A stretch of DNA of 64,000 bases from Bacteroidota bacterium (GTDB lineage Bacteria; Bacteroidota; Ignavibacteria; Ignavibacteriales; Ignavibacteriaceae). Position numbers and translations under genes: made by a program. The DNA lies in the NCBI GenBank assembly GCA_022564295.1, contig JADFLR010000004.1, positions 11,840 to 75,839 of the forward strand, in the 5' to 3' direction. This document shows, one piece after another, positions 1-9,190 of the stretch (position 1 is the stretch's first letter; every line of letters starts with the position of its first letter). The notes beneath the pieces were generated by a model, which was not told where the DNA came from, ran no database searches, and saw nothing but the letters and a program-made list of their open reading frames with translations.

Positions 1-344
1 TCTTCCAGTTTAGTCAGAAAGTCATCCATTTCAAAGATGAGGTCTCGCTCTACCGGGAATCCAGTTAGCGGTTCCAAACATATTTTTTTGGGGTAGTATT
101 CTTTCAGAAAGACTGCACACGACAGTTTTGGTATATCGTTTATCATCATCCCACAACTACCGCATACGCCCATACGGCACGACCAGCGGTAGGAGAGTGT
201 ACCATCAATTTCATCCTTAATATAATTTATGGCATCCAGCACTACCCAATCTTCTCGAAACGGTACTTCATAACTTTGAAACATGGGTTCCTTCTCGACC
301 TCAGGACGATAACGGAAGATTTTTATCTCCATTGTTTCTGCCAT
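1..344 (-). CDS. sdhB: succinate dehydrogenase/fumarate reductase iron-sulfur subunit, N-terminal part (3-prime end runs off the left edge)
   Basis: Own translation of the minus strand from ATG at 342-344 gives MAETMEIKIFRYRPEVEKEPMFQSYEVPFREDWVVLDAINYIKDEIDGTLSYRWSCRMGVCGSCGMMINDIPKLSC. It has a CxxxxCxxC 2Fe-2S motif and starts 3 nt after the flavoprotein stop. Confidence 0.85.
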   Translation of the reverse strand, partial: MAETMEIKIFRYRPEVEKEPMFQSYEVPFREDWVVLDAINYIKDEIDGTLSYRWSCRMGVCGSCGMMINDIPKLSCAVFLKEYYPKKICLEPLTGFPVERDLIFEMDDFLTKLE

Positions 345-347
345 TAA

Positions 348-2120
348 TTACTCCTCCTTTCCATAGACTCTTTCTCCCGGTGGCCATTTCGTGATAACAA
401 CATCTTTGTAGTTAATGCGCGGTTTGTCGTCGGTGTGATAGGCGAGGGAATGTTTCAGGAATTTTCCATCATTCCGTTCCGGGAAGTCAGTGCGTTGGTG
501 CGAACCACGGCTTTCTGTCCTCGCCAATGCGCTATTGGCAATAGCTTCCGCCACGTCCAACATGAAATCAAGTTCCAGAGCTGAGGTTAGTTCCGTATTA
601 AAGGTGAGGCTACTGTCCTCAATTAAGACATTTCCAAATCTCTCGCGTAGTTCATCAATTTTGTCACAGGTTTCTTTAAGGCTTACCTCAGTTCGGTAGA
701 TACCGGCTCCCGATTCCAGGGTATCCTTCAATTCATTTCTTAGGGCAGCAATCCGTTCCTTGCCTCCTGTCTTGCGGATAAATTCCCGCGCTATACGTTC
801 CTGCTCATCAGTACATTTTTTCTCCACGGCAGCGATGTCCAGATCAGGATGTTCTGTGGCGTACGTAGCTGCTGCCTTTCCTGCACAAGCACCAAAGACC
901 AAAATTTCTGTGAGAGAATTGGAACCAAGTCGATTGGCTCCATTAATGGATACACAAGCGCATTCCCCGGCAGCAAATAATCCAGGGAGGGAAGTAGCAC
1001 CATCCTTGTCGGTATCAATACCACCCATCATGTAATGAACCACCGGTAGAACAGGGATGAGCTCATATACTGGATCAATCCCCGCATAATTCCTTGCTAG
1101 TTCTCTAACAAAGGGAAGTTTCTTGTCAATTATTTTCTTACCAAGATGTCGGATGTCTAAGTGAACTACGTGACCGTAAGGTCCAGGCACTGTCCGGCCT
1201 TTTTCCCTTTCGGCTACAAAGGCCTGGCTTAAGCGATCTCGAGGACCTAATTCCATGCTCTTTTTAACAGGGTGCATCGGATCGTCGATATCGAGAGGCT
1301 TACCCAGATCGTAATCCTGAAGATAACGGTAATTATCTTTGTTAACTAAAATACCTCCTTCGCCTCGAGTTGCTTCCGTGATTAGGATCCCTGTACCTGG
1401 AAGACCGGTAGGGTGATACTGAATAAATTCCATGTCTTTTAGAGGCACGCCAGCCCGGTAAGCCATTGCCATTCCATCCCCTGTTTTGATATTGCCGTTG
1501 GTGGTGAAGGGAAAAACCCGACCTGCTCCACCAGTACACATAATCACTGCCTTGGCGGCAATCACCCCCACTTTGCCGGAGCGGAGTTCAATAGCTGTAG
1601 CTCCCTGGCATCTTCCGTTTTCTACCAGAATTTTTGTTGTAAACCATTCATCAAAACGAGTGATGTTGTTGTATTTGAGAGAGGTTTGGAATAGAGTGTG
1701 GAGCATGTGGAATCCAGTTTTGTCTGCTGCAAACCAAGTTCTCTCAATGCTCATTCCACCGAAGGGACGGACAGCCACTTTCCCATCTGGTTCCCGGCTC
1801 CAAGGGCAACCCCAGTGTTCCATCTGGGTCAGTTCTTTAGGGGCTTCATTCACAAAAAGTTCCACGGCATCCTGATCACTCATCCAATCTCCCCCAGCAA
1901 TAGTATCCATGCAGTGATCATCAAAAGAGTCGTTTTCTTTTATGACTGCCGCCGCACCGCCCTCGGCTGCAACCGTATGGCTCCTCATTGGATAGACTTT
2001 ACTTACCACTGCCACACTAAAATTTGGATTGGTTTCCGCGATGGCAATTGCGGCACGGAGACCCGCGCCACCACCGCCAATCAATAAAACATCAAATTTA
2101 AATGTATTACTCGAAAGCAT
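348..2120 (-). CDS. sdhA: succinate dehydrogenase/fumarate reductase flavoprotein subunit
   Basis: 590-aa ORF. It has the FAD GxGxxG motif [15 protein letters not shown], the covalent-FAD His context [10 protein letters not shown], and HPTG and RLGSNSL motifs typical of SdhA/FrdA. Confidence 0.95.
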   Translation of the reverse strand: MLSSNTFKFDVLLIGGGGAGLRAAIAIAETNPNFSVAVVSKVYPMRSHTVAAEGGAAAVIKENDSFDDHCMDTIAGGDWMSDQDAVELFVNEAPKELTQMEHWGCPWSREPDGKVAVRPFGGMSIERTWFAADKTGFHMLHTLFQTSLKYNNITRFDEWFTTKILVENGRCQGATAIELRSGKVGVIAAKAVIMCTGGAGRVFPFTTNGNIKTGDGMAMAYRAGVPLKDMEFIQYHPTGLPGTGILITEATRGEGGILVNKDNYRYLQDYDLGKPLDIDDPMHPVKKSMELGPRDRLSQAFVAEREKGRTVPGPYGHVVHLDIRHLGKKIIDKKLPFVRELARNYAGIDPVYELIPVLPVVHYMMGGIDTDKDGATSLPGLFAAGECACVSINGANRLGSNSLTEILVFGACAGKAAATYATEHPDLDIAAVEKKCTDEQERIAREFIRKTGGKERIAALRNELKDTLESGAGIYRTEVSLKETCDKIDELRERFGNVLIEDSSLTFNTELTSALELDFMLDVAEAIANSALARTESRGSHQRTDFPERNDGKFLKHSLAYHTDDKPRINYKDVVITKWPPGERVYGKEE

Positions 2121-2497
2121 TAAAATATCCTAAGATTTGACCAACTTCCCATAGAGCAAAATCTAACATAAACATCCGAAATTCCAAAACGGAAAAACTT
2201 ATTCATTCAAATAACATTTGCTTATGGTTTAAGTAGCTAATTCAATTATAAACAGTTCAATTAACAAGCGAGGTTTATAATTTATTTCGAAATCCTCAAT
2301 TCTCAAATTAAACTATTAATAAATTTTTAATAATATTAGGTCAATAAGAAAAGTGATTCGTCGTTTTGCAATTACTAAATACTAAACTATAAGTTAGTTG
2401 ATTAGTGTTGTAGAGAATTTCTTTTCTTCAAAATACGAAAATTTAATTAATTATTGCAATTAGTAGATACGCTCCATTTTGATTTTTTTATAAATTC

Positions 2498-2659
2498 TTA
2501 GATGCTCTCTTCAAGCAGAAGGTTGAACTCTTCCGGGGAATCCCACATTACAAGATGCCAGACATCCGGCATGATCTTAGTTTTGAATGAAGGAACATAG
2601 TTCCAAGATGCTTTCACGTTTGTTGGATTTTGGTCAGAATTAATTGCAATAATAGATGA
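2498..2659 (-). pseudogene. C-terminal remnant of an alpha/beta-hydrolase gene (no start codon, about 53 codons)
   Basis: Own translation gives SSIIAINSDQNPTNVKASWNYVPSFKTKIMPDVWHLVMWDSPEEFNLLLEESI-stop. This resembles the last strand, catalytic-His loop and PEEF helix of alpha/beta hydrolases. An in-frame stop lies immediately upstream. Confidence 0.4.
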
Positions 2660-2817
2660 CTAGATTTTTAGTAGTAGACTCTACATAATCATCATTTACC
2701 CACCCAATAACTATTTATACCGTATATCCTATTTCGCGTGACTCACACACCTAATCTTTGTAATATCTTTTGAGTTTTAATTAACACACTCATTCACCAA
2801 CAGAAGGAGATGTTAAA

Positions 2818-3282
2818 ATGAAATACTTAATTATAAACCTAATATTCGTTTCAGTTATTTCTCTCTTACTAAACTCTGCAGCATTCGGCACCAAGCTATC
2901 TAATGTTGATGAGCCAGAAATAAATGGTTATAATAACTATGCTATTCTTAGTGACGAAGAGTATGATCGAGTTGAACAAAATCTGCTCGCTGGAATTAAG
3001 TCAGATAATATTGGTCTACAAACCAGCAGTGCATATTTTCTGGGTGAGATGAAATCGGATAAAGCCCTCATCTATTTGCTAATACTTGCACATTATGGTA
3101 ATACTGTAGAGTCCAGAATAATAGCAGGTTTATCTTTATATAAGATTGAATCTGATATTGGAATGTATCGATTAAAATTTCTTAGGCAGTCTGACGATAG
3201 TGAGAAGGTTAGAAGTACATTTGATAGAATTTACAATAAATATATCTCGGACAATCGATCATTCAAATACGAAAAGTCATAG
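2818..3282 (+). CDS. secreted hypothetical protein, HEAT-like helical repeats
   Basis: 154-aa ORF with RBS GGAGA 8 nt upstream. The signal-like N-terminus is MKYLIINLIFVSVISLLLNSAAFG. The helical-repeat flavour (LLAGIKSDNIGLQTSSAYFLGEMKSDKAL) is a weak call. Confidence 0.55.
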   Translation: MKYLIINLIFVSVISLLLNSAAFGTKLSNVDEPEINGYNNYAILSDEEYDRVEQNLLAGIKSDNIGLQTSSAYFLGEMKSDKALIYLLILAHYGNTVESRIIAGLSLYKIESDIGMYRLKFLRQSDDSEKVRSTFDRIYNKYISDNRSFKYEKS

Positions 3283-3382
3283 TCTCATCGAGATTAGATA
3301 ATTAAACCAAAGAAGAATTATTAATAATATAAATTGTGTGTTTTTCTCCTGGAGTAACCTTATGACTTATTGGATTGAATTA

Positions 3383-3410
3383 GGCGCTCTATTAGTGGAG
3401 CGCCGTTTTT
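3383..3410 (+). terminator. rho-independent terminator candidate
   Basis: Stem GGCGCTC (3383-3389) pairs with GAGCGCC (3398-3404) around an 8-nt loop, followed by a T-run at 3406-3410. It lies about 100 nt after the 2818..3282 stop. Confidence 0.6.
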
Positions 3411-3629
3411 ATATTCTAATTTATTTTATTAGTCTTACCATTAATTATTCCAAATAAATTTCCTAATTAATTAACTCAATTTGACAGTGAATACAAATAC
3501 ATTTAGCTTCTTCTAATTCTTCGATCCTATATAGCAATTCAGCTTAGACGAATTTCAAGTAACACATATTAATTGGTTCGATATATCTTTGAAATAATCT
3601 TGAATTAATTAAGAGTTACGATCTACTTT

Positions 3630-4046
3630 CTAAGAATTCTTTGATCTATAAACATAACCGATAACAATACCACCGATTCCTTGCTCAAAAATATGCCGCA
3701 GCTCATCAACAACAACAAGAGTTTTTGCTGTTCCCATAACACCGATCATAATCACATTGTAGGGAAGAATCCATAATAATCCAATTAAAACTCCAAATCG
3801 CAAACCTTCCTTTAACGGAGAACCATCTTTATATCCCAGTGGATACATATAAGCCATTAGTACTGCTAAAATTAAAACACCAAGTATGATAAATAACATA
3901 TTTGGTTCAGCTAAACCAGAATCCCCACCATACTTTTCATAAAAGTTATGCATTATTAACATATGCCACAAACCGCCGGGAATAAACATAGCAAAGAATC
4001 CACCGACTACTGCCATAGAAAATTTCTTGAGATCCATTTTACACAT
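3630..4046 (-). CDS. small integral membrane protein (about 4 TM), unknown function
   Basis: 138-aa ORF with four hydrophobic stretches (AVVGGFFAMFIPGGLW, MLFIILGVLILAVLMAYM, GVLIGLLWILPYNVIMIGV, GIGGIVIGYV). I recognise no catalytic motif. Confidence 0.6.
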   Translation of the reverse strand: MCKMDLKKFSMAVVGGFFAMFIPGGLWHMLIMHNFYEKYGGDSGLAEPNMLFIILGVLILAVLMAYMYPLGYKDGSPLKEGLRFGVLIGLLWILPYNVIMIGVMGTAKTLVVVDELRHIFEQGIGGIVIGYVYRSKNS

Positions 4047-4583
4047 CTTTGTGTTATTAATATTTAGTTTAACCAGTGCAGGAATTAAATCTTTCTTGTT
4101 AGACGACTAATAATAATGAGGAGTTTAATAAAAAATCAGAAAATATTTTTTAATAAGCAAGAATTAATTGCTTATTGAGATCCTCCCATTTCATTACATC
4201 ATGATTGCTATATAACCATTTTATTCTTATGATGAGTTATAATATATTGTTTCTTACAATTTATGAGGTGCAGATTCTAATTCCTTTGGAGTTTCATTTA
4301 TTATAAATATTCATACATTCATAAAGTTTATAAAAACAAAGAACTTGCCCGATTAGGCGTAGCTTACCCTCCTCTGGCGGGACTACGGCGGAAAAATGTT
4401 GATAAGGTAAGTTTGAAAATTGAAAGCTTTTTTTATTCTCAATTACTCTTCATTACCTTTCTATTTGAATTGATTATATCACTTTGGAATTCTTTAACTT
4501 CAAAATTATTGTAATAAATATTAGTGTACATGCAAGGTCATCAATTCATATTTTATTACTTCTTTAAAAAATTCCTATAACAA

Positions 4584-4892
4584 CTAAAATTCCCGAACAT
4601 CAACTCGATCATGTTCTCTTAAACTTACAGAGTCTGTCCTTAAATAAGTCTTATCAAATTTTGTGAGAAAAACTCCCCTGCCCTTTTTCCATTTCCCGCG
4701 TTCATCCTTAATAATTGTTAAAAAGGATTTTCCCTTAGCAATTGCTTCAAGTACTTCTTGCTTTGTCCAGGTTGAACCCTCCCCCACGGAGTCACCATTA
4801 TCAAGATGAATCTTGAAGTGTGAAATGGATTTACTATTCAAATTCTCTTCATATCTCACCGCAGAGATTAGATAATCGGCCCACTTATGCAT
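4584..4892 (-). CDS. DUF3892-like protein
   Basis: 102 aa. It contains ISAVRYE..ISHFKIH..S.WTKQEVLEAIAKGKSFLT...YLRTDSV, matching my memory of the DUF3892 pattern (I.aV.y..I..v.vh...s...vi..I..G..f.T....YLrT..D). Confidence 0.6.
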   Translation of the reverse strand: MHKWADYLISAVRYEENLNSKSISHFKIHLDNGDSVGEGSTWTKQEVLEAIAKGKSFLTIIKDERGKWKKGRGVFLTKFDKTYLRTDSVSLREHDRVDVREF

Positions 4893-4957
4893 TAGATTTA
4901 AAATGTTTAATTAATAATCATACAATACTTAGAATATTTAACAGAGATTTATTGCCT

Positions 4958-5212
4958 TCAACAATCAGATAAATTAACAAAATTATTAGCTGTAGTTCCA
5001 TCCTCCGAAGTCGTTAGATATTTACCAGTAGTATCACTTTTTACAATTACATATGCCTTTTTATTATCAGCAGGTAAATAATATGTGTGAAGATTCAAAT
5101 CAATATCAGATATTGCATCGTTCTTTTGCCTAGATGAACAAAATTCACCACCGTTACAAAGTGTTCTGATATCACCCTCATTATCACTCCCACTTACTCT
5201 TCTCTCTTCCAT
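4958..5212 (-). CDS. DUF3892-like protein (short paralogue)
   Basis: 84 aa. The C-terminal HTYYLPADNKKAYVIVKSDTTGKYLTTSEDGTTANNFVNLSDC matches the DUF3892 tail remembered as YLKT.ADG...NNLLSLPEC. Confidence 0.6.
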   Translation of the reverse strand: MEERRVSGSDNEGDIRTLCNGGEFCSSRQKNDAISDIDLNLHTYYLPADNKKAYVIVKSDTTGKYLTTSEDGTTANNFVNLSDC

Positions 5213-5364
5213 TATATAAATTTTTATTACCCTATAATATTATGTGCATAGTTTTGATAAAACATTCTGTATGTAATCATTTAATTTCAAAACTATTATA
5301 AGGCTTTAAGAGGAAAAGATCATTAGTAGTACTACCAGAAATCAACATTAATATTTTGCTTATT

Positions 5365-5382
5365 ACTAGTACAAGTACTAGT
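5365..5382. promoter_or_regulatory. 18-bp palindrome ACTAGTACAAGTACTAGT, copy 1 of 3 (putative operator)
   Basis: This is a near-perfect palindrome followed by GAAAAG, 153 nt upstream of the 4958..5212 start. A shorter-spacer variant, CATTAGTAGTACTACC, sits at 5321-5336. Confidence 0.45.
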
Positions 5383-5448
5383 GAAAAGTTAGCTGTTATA
5401 GTGGATTATATTAAAAATGAGGTGTTGTTTATCTCTTCAAACACAAAA

Positions 5449-6024
5449 TTAGGGAGAAGGCCTAAGCTTGAAATTAAGCATCGGATTCTCCTCTCTAAAT
5501 ATTGTGAAGAATATCGCAAGTAGAATCTGGAAAGCAAGTATTATATAAAAGAATGTAATACCAACACTTATTCCAGTAATCAAATCGATAAAGTTGATTA
5601 CAATAGTTATCTCGTAAAAAATTAATGCCAAATAAAATAGATTCAATTTCGAATTATTGTGTAGGTGGACAAATGCTATTTTAAGGAATTTAGCAAGAAT
5701 CATCATATGTGTAGCTAAGATAAGATATCGAAGATTAGGTAAAACAAGAAGTAAGCTTATAAAAACTAGAATTAACACTGTGTTATGAATCAAATATTTT
5801 CGAAATTCATTATTATTATAACCAACTGAATAAACCAATAATAAACCAGCAACTGAATGAACCCAGCCTTGAGTCACTCCAATGAAAGAAACACAGAATA
5901 TATTTATAGGATCTGAAAGCGCCAGAATAAGAAAATAATGGAAGTAATTCCCTTTATATTGTCTAATAGGGGGAAATAACCAAACAATACCAGATATATA
6001 AATTATGACCCAAGCGATGGACAT
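5449..6024 (-). CDS. polytopic membrane protein (about 6 TM), unknown function
   Basis: 191-aa ORF that is hydrophobic almost throughout. It lies 8 nt downstream of the 6032..6517 ORF on the same strand, so the two are probably one operon. Confidence 0.65.
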   Translation of the reverse strand: MSIAWVIIYISGIVWLFPPIRQYKGNYFHYFLILALSDPINIFCVSFIGVTQGWVHSVAGLLLVYSVGYNNNEFRKYLIHNTVLILVFISLLLVLPNLRYLILATHMMILAKFLKIAFVHLHNNSKLNLFYLALIFYEITIVINFIDLITGISVGITFFYIILAFQILLAIFFTIFREENPMLNFKLRPSP

Positions 6025-6031
6025 TCTATAA

Positions 6032-6517
6032 TTAATTACATACTGGTGGGCAAATTGATCCTACTTCCATTGTATAATTTCCATAAGTTACAGTCAAAAC
6101 ACCATTCCTTTGTTCAATATAAGCATCACTGCCACCTCCCTGGCTTAGTAAATCTTGCACAACAGATTTGCTGTACATTGTGAACACATCCCTTGAATTA
6201 ATTGACTTATTTTCCGGACGGAGAACTCTTCTAGAATCATTCAGGACAAATACTCTGTTGTTAACTATCCTAAACATAATATAATTATTACATTCATTCA
6301 ATAAATTCTCTATAGTAGTTGTGGGTATTGAGATTGACTTCAATACTGAGCCATAAATTTGGTTAGCCTCACTCATTGTAAATATCTTACCATAAGTTTG
6401 AGCAAAAGAATTTGAAAAACTAACCAGAACAATAAATGAAACGAAGAGCGGAAATATTTTAAAAATACGCATAACGTACCTCCATTTAGTTTGAAAAGAA
6501 AAATGTTTAAGGTCCAT
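6032..6517 (-). CDS. secreted hypothetical protein
   Basis: 161-aa ORF. The internal Met at codon 16 (start at 6472) yields a cleaner signal peptide, MRIFKIFPLFVSFIVLVSFSNSFAQ, so the true start may be 6472. Confidence 0.6.
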   Translation of the reverse strand: MDLKHFSFQTKWRYVMRIFKIFPLFVSFIVLVSFSNSFAQTYGKIFTMSEANQIYGSVLKSISIPTTTIENLLNECNNYIMFRIVNNRVFVLNDSRRVLRPENKSINSRDVFTMYSKSVVQDLLSQGGGSDAYIEQRNGVLTVTYGNYTMEVGSICPPVCN

Positions 6518-6559
6518 TGAAGGACATTAGAAAACTATTAAAATCTTTACAGATGATAG

Positions 6560-6575
6560 TTAGTACTTGTACTAA
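6560..6575. promoter_or_regulatory. palindrome TTAGTACTTGTACTAA, copy 2 of 3 (putative operator)
   Basis: Same half-sites as the 5365 and 8615 copies, with the central AA changed to TT. It lies between the response-regulator stop (6599) and the 6032..6517 start. Confidence 0.45.
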
Positions 6576-6598
6576 TGAAATTAAGTGATTGAAAAGTT

Positions 6599-7294
6599 TT
6601 AAGACAGTGTATCTGGAGCGCCATTCTTTCCTTCGGCATCAAAATATCTAACTGCAAATCGAATCAATTCCGTCGAAGTTTTCAGGTCAAACTTTCTCAT
6701 AAGATTGGATCTATAAAAATCAATAGTTTTTTTACTCAAGCTTAAACTTTCAGCCATATCTTTGCTGCTTAATCCTTCATTTAGAAACTTAAGTATTTGT
6801 TCCTCCCTGAAGTTAACTTCAGGTGAAGGAATAAAGTCTTTGGTCTGGTGTGATTCGAAATCTCTAATAAAATCTTCAATGCTAAGAGCAGTCCACTTAC
6901 CCCGAAAATATTTCTCGCCTTTACAAACTTGTTCTATAGCATAAGCCAGCTCACCCTCTAAAATGTTCTTATTAATTAAGCCCATTCCGCCGATTTTAAG
7001 AACTCTGTAAATGTACTCATCAGTATCATACATCGAAAGAAACAATGCTTTTACTTTCGGGTCCTTTTCTTTGATTTTGGCTACTGCTTCTAGTCCGGAC
7101 ATTTCAGGCATTGCTATATCAACCAATGCAATATCGGGTAATACTTCAAAGTATTTTTTGATTAGTTCTAAACCATTTTCTGCTTCGGCAAGAATATAAA
7201 TATCTCTGTGGTCTTTAAGCAGCTTAATGATACCGCTCCTGAATAGACTATGATCGTCTGCTACTAGGATTTTTATAGTCGAGTTCATTCTCAT
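6599..7294 (-). CDS. two-component response regulator, REC + LuxR/NarL-type HTH
   Basis: It has KILVADDHSLFR, the phospho-acceptor context VDIAMPEMSG, and the C-terminal HTH LSSKDMAESLSLSKKTIDFYRSNLMRKF. The start may be the second Met at 7288. Confidence 0.9.
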   Translation of the reverse strand: MRMNSTIKILVADDHSLFRSGIIKLLKDHRDIYILAEAENGLELIKKYFEVLPDIALVDIAMPEMSGLEAVAKIKEKDPKVKALFLSMYDTDEYIYRVLKIGGMGLINKNILEGELAYAIEQVCKGEKYFRGKWTALSIEDFIRDFESHQTKDFIPSPEVNFREEQILKFLNEGLSSKDMAESLSLSKKTIDFYRSNLMRKFDLKTSTELIRFAVRYFDAEGKNGAPDTLS

Positions 7295-8492
7295 TGTTCA
7301 TTTCGTTTATTGGAAAATCGGCTAATAGTACTGTACCATGATCGTGGGAAGAGTCAATGTGGAATGTACCGTTCAATCTCTCCACTCTCTCTTGCATATT
7401 TAATAAACCCATTCCTTCGGATACATACTTCTTATTTAATAGCACTGTTGGCTTAAATCCTATTCCATCATCTGATATAATTAGAGTAACACATTCATCA
7501 TCAATACTCAGATTAACAATAAACTCTTTGGCTCTAGAATGTTTGATTATATTGTTTAATGCTTCCTGTGCTACTCTATATATGCATATCTCCAAATCCT
7601 TTGATAATTTAACCTTAATATCCTTAAGATCTAAGTGCATCTTAATTCCACTTTCTATTGAAACATTCTTACACATCGAAGTAAGCACTGTCTTTAAACC
7701 TAACTCCTCTATGTTTAACGGTCGAATATTCCGGGCGATGTCTTTTATTTCCGCGAGAGTAGCATTTACTAATTCAAGGATTTCTGAAGATTCATCAGAT
7801 GACGACTTTTTAGAACTACTTGAATTGCCTTTCAATAAACCCAATTTTATAAATAATAGATTTTGACCTATTGAGTCGTGAAGCAGCCCGGCAAATCGGT
7901 CTCTTTCTTCTTCCAACACCTGTGTTAAACGAGCTGAGGAATCTCTTAGTAGTTTCTGATAAACGTGCATTTGTTCTTCATAATCTTTTTTCTCTGTTAA
8001 ATCATAAAAATAAAGTTGAGCCATCTTTAAAAGTGAAATACCGTGAATATTGATTTCATAAAACTTCTCATTAAGTTTTTTAGTAACAGTCATAGTCTTA
8101 TCGTCACTTATGAGTTGACCAATGTTAATATCAAATTCACTAGTTAAACTTGGTATTATTGAAACATTTGACGTATCTAACCCGAGCTTTTCTTTTGCCG
8201 AATTATTTAACCCGACAATATTGCCAAGAGGATCTATCTTCACTATTGGATTGGGGTCCAGCTCTGTAAATAATGCAAGTAACTTCTCTCTTTTCAGTTC
8301 AAGTTTTTCCTTCTCACTTCTGTGCTTGAGTAATAAGGGACTATAGACATAATTATATGAGATATAGAACAATGCCATTAGTACTATAAAGATAAAAACG
8401 GAAAGATAGATGGGATTGTAAACACTAAAGATCAGCTTCAGGTATTTTTCCAACTCACTAGGATTATTTAACAGAAATAATGAAGTAATCAT
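7248..8492 (-). CDS. sensor histidine kinase, HisKA_3 (NarX/LiaS/DegS-like)
   Basis: 414 aa with an N-terminal TM segment (YLSVFIFIVLMALFYISY). It has the H-box LHDSIGQNL, N-box EALNNIIKHS, and G-boxes DDGIGF and GMGLLNMQER. The 3-prime end overlaps the regulator ORF. Confidence 0.9.
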   Translation of the reverse strand: MITSLFLLNNPSELEKYLKLIFSVYNPIYLSVFIFIVLMALFYISYNYVYSPLLLKHRSEKEKLELKREKLLALFTELDPNPIVKIDPLGNIVGLNNSAKEKLGLDTSNVSIIPSLTSEFDINIGQLISDDKTMTVTKKLNEKFYEINIHGISLLKMAQLYFYDLTEKKDYEEQMHVYQKLLRDSSARLTQVLEEERDRFAGLLHDSIGQNLLFIKLGLLKGNSSSSKKSSSDESSEILELVNATLAEIKDIARNIRPLNIEELGLKTVLTSMCKNVSIESGIKMHLDLKDIKVKLSKDLEICIYRVAQEALNNIIKHSRAKEFIVNLSIDDECVTLIISDDGIGFKPTVLLNKKYVSEGMGLLNMQERVERLNGTFHIDSSHDHGTVLLADFPINEMNNENELDYKNPSSRRS

Positions 8493-8614
8493 ACGTCCAA
8501 GTATTATGTTAGATAAAAAAGAGAATTAGTGAATCCATCTTAAGAATTAGATCAGTTATAACATATAAACATACTTAAATTCACACACTAGTTAATTTTA
8601 AGCGTTAAAAATCA

Positions 8615-8631
8615 TTAGTACAAGTACTAGT
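8615..8631. promoter_or_regulatory. palindrome TTAGTACAAGTACTAGT, copy 3 of 3 (putative autoregulatory operator)
   Basis: The sequence CATTAGTACAAGTACTAGTGAAAAA lies 123 nt upstream of the kinase start. Its core is identical to the 5365 copy, including the GTGAAAA tail. Confidence 0.45.
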
Positions 8632-8710
8632 GAAAAATATATAGAATCGAATGGTTTTAATTAATTAATATAAACTAGCAGCAATTCACTTTGTCCGAAG
8701 TAAAATAATT

Positions 8711-8726
8711 TATATATATATATATA
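8711..8726. repeat. (TA)8 dinucleotide microsatellite
   Basis: TATATATATATATATA read directly from the sequence. It ends 35 nt upstream of the ATG at 8762. Confidence 0.9.
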
Positions 8727-8761
8727 AATATTCACTTTTTCAATAATAATAGGATGACCAA

Positions 8762-9154
8762 ATGTCGGTTGAATCCACACACGAAGTTGTTTCTAAATAT
8801 CTCGATTCAGATCACTATAATTTAAGTATGATGGCAGAGGATATAGTATTTACAAATATGGCAACCGGTGATGAAACACATGGGATGGAAAATCTAAAAG
8901 AAATACTCAACTACATTTATCATAAAGCCTTCGACGCAAGGACAGAATCCAAATTTCGTATTTATTCTGATTCGAATGCTGCATTCGAAGCAGATTTTGT
9001 TGGAAAACTCTTTGGTGAATTTGTCGGAGTTCCTACAATTAATAAAGAAGTTCGTGTGCCATCATGTGTTGTTTATGATTTAGGAGATGATAAAATTAAA
9101 CGAGCTAGAATATATTTTGAAATACCGGTCTTTTTTGATCAGGTAAAAAACTAA
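8762..9154 (+). CDS. NTF2/SnoaL-like (ester-cyclase-like) protein
   Basis: 130 aa. The pattern GKLFGEFVGVPTINKEVRVPSCVVYDLGDDKIKRARIYFE resembles the SnoaL-like h.GeF.G.pPTgK.v.v....v....dgKI...r.Yfd pattern. Confidence 0.55.
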   Translation: MSVESTHEVVSKYLDSDHYNLSMMAEDIVFTNMATGDETHGMENLKEILNYIYHKAFDARTESKFRIYSDSNAAFEADFVGKLFGEFVGVPTINKEVRVPSCVVYDLGDDKIKRARIYFEIPVFFDQVKN

Positions 9155-9190
9155 TATTTACACTCTCAAAAAAAAATCAAAGGAGCCAGG

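Noticed and set aside
490-2087. Plus-strand and alternative-frame ORFs inside sdhA (490..699, 760..1035, 791..1024, 1342..1539, 1486..1875, 1698..2087).
   Set aside because: These are shadow ORFs wholly inside a confidently identified 590-aa flavoprotein gene. They have Ser/Pro/Arg-rich nonsense-like composition and no RBS or motifs.
4340-4400. GC-rich patch (GCCCGATTAGGCGTAGCTTACCCTCCTCTGGCGGGACTACGGCGG) in an AT-rich spacer, considered as a tRNA fragment, riboswitch or sRNA.
   Set aside because: I could draw no cloverleaf, no convincing stem set, no terminator and no match to any riboswitch consensus I know.
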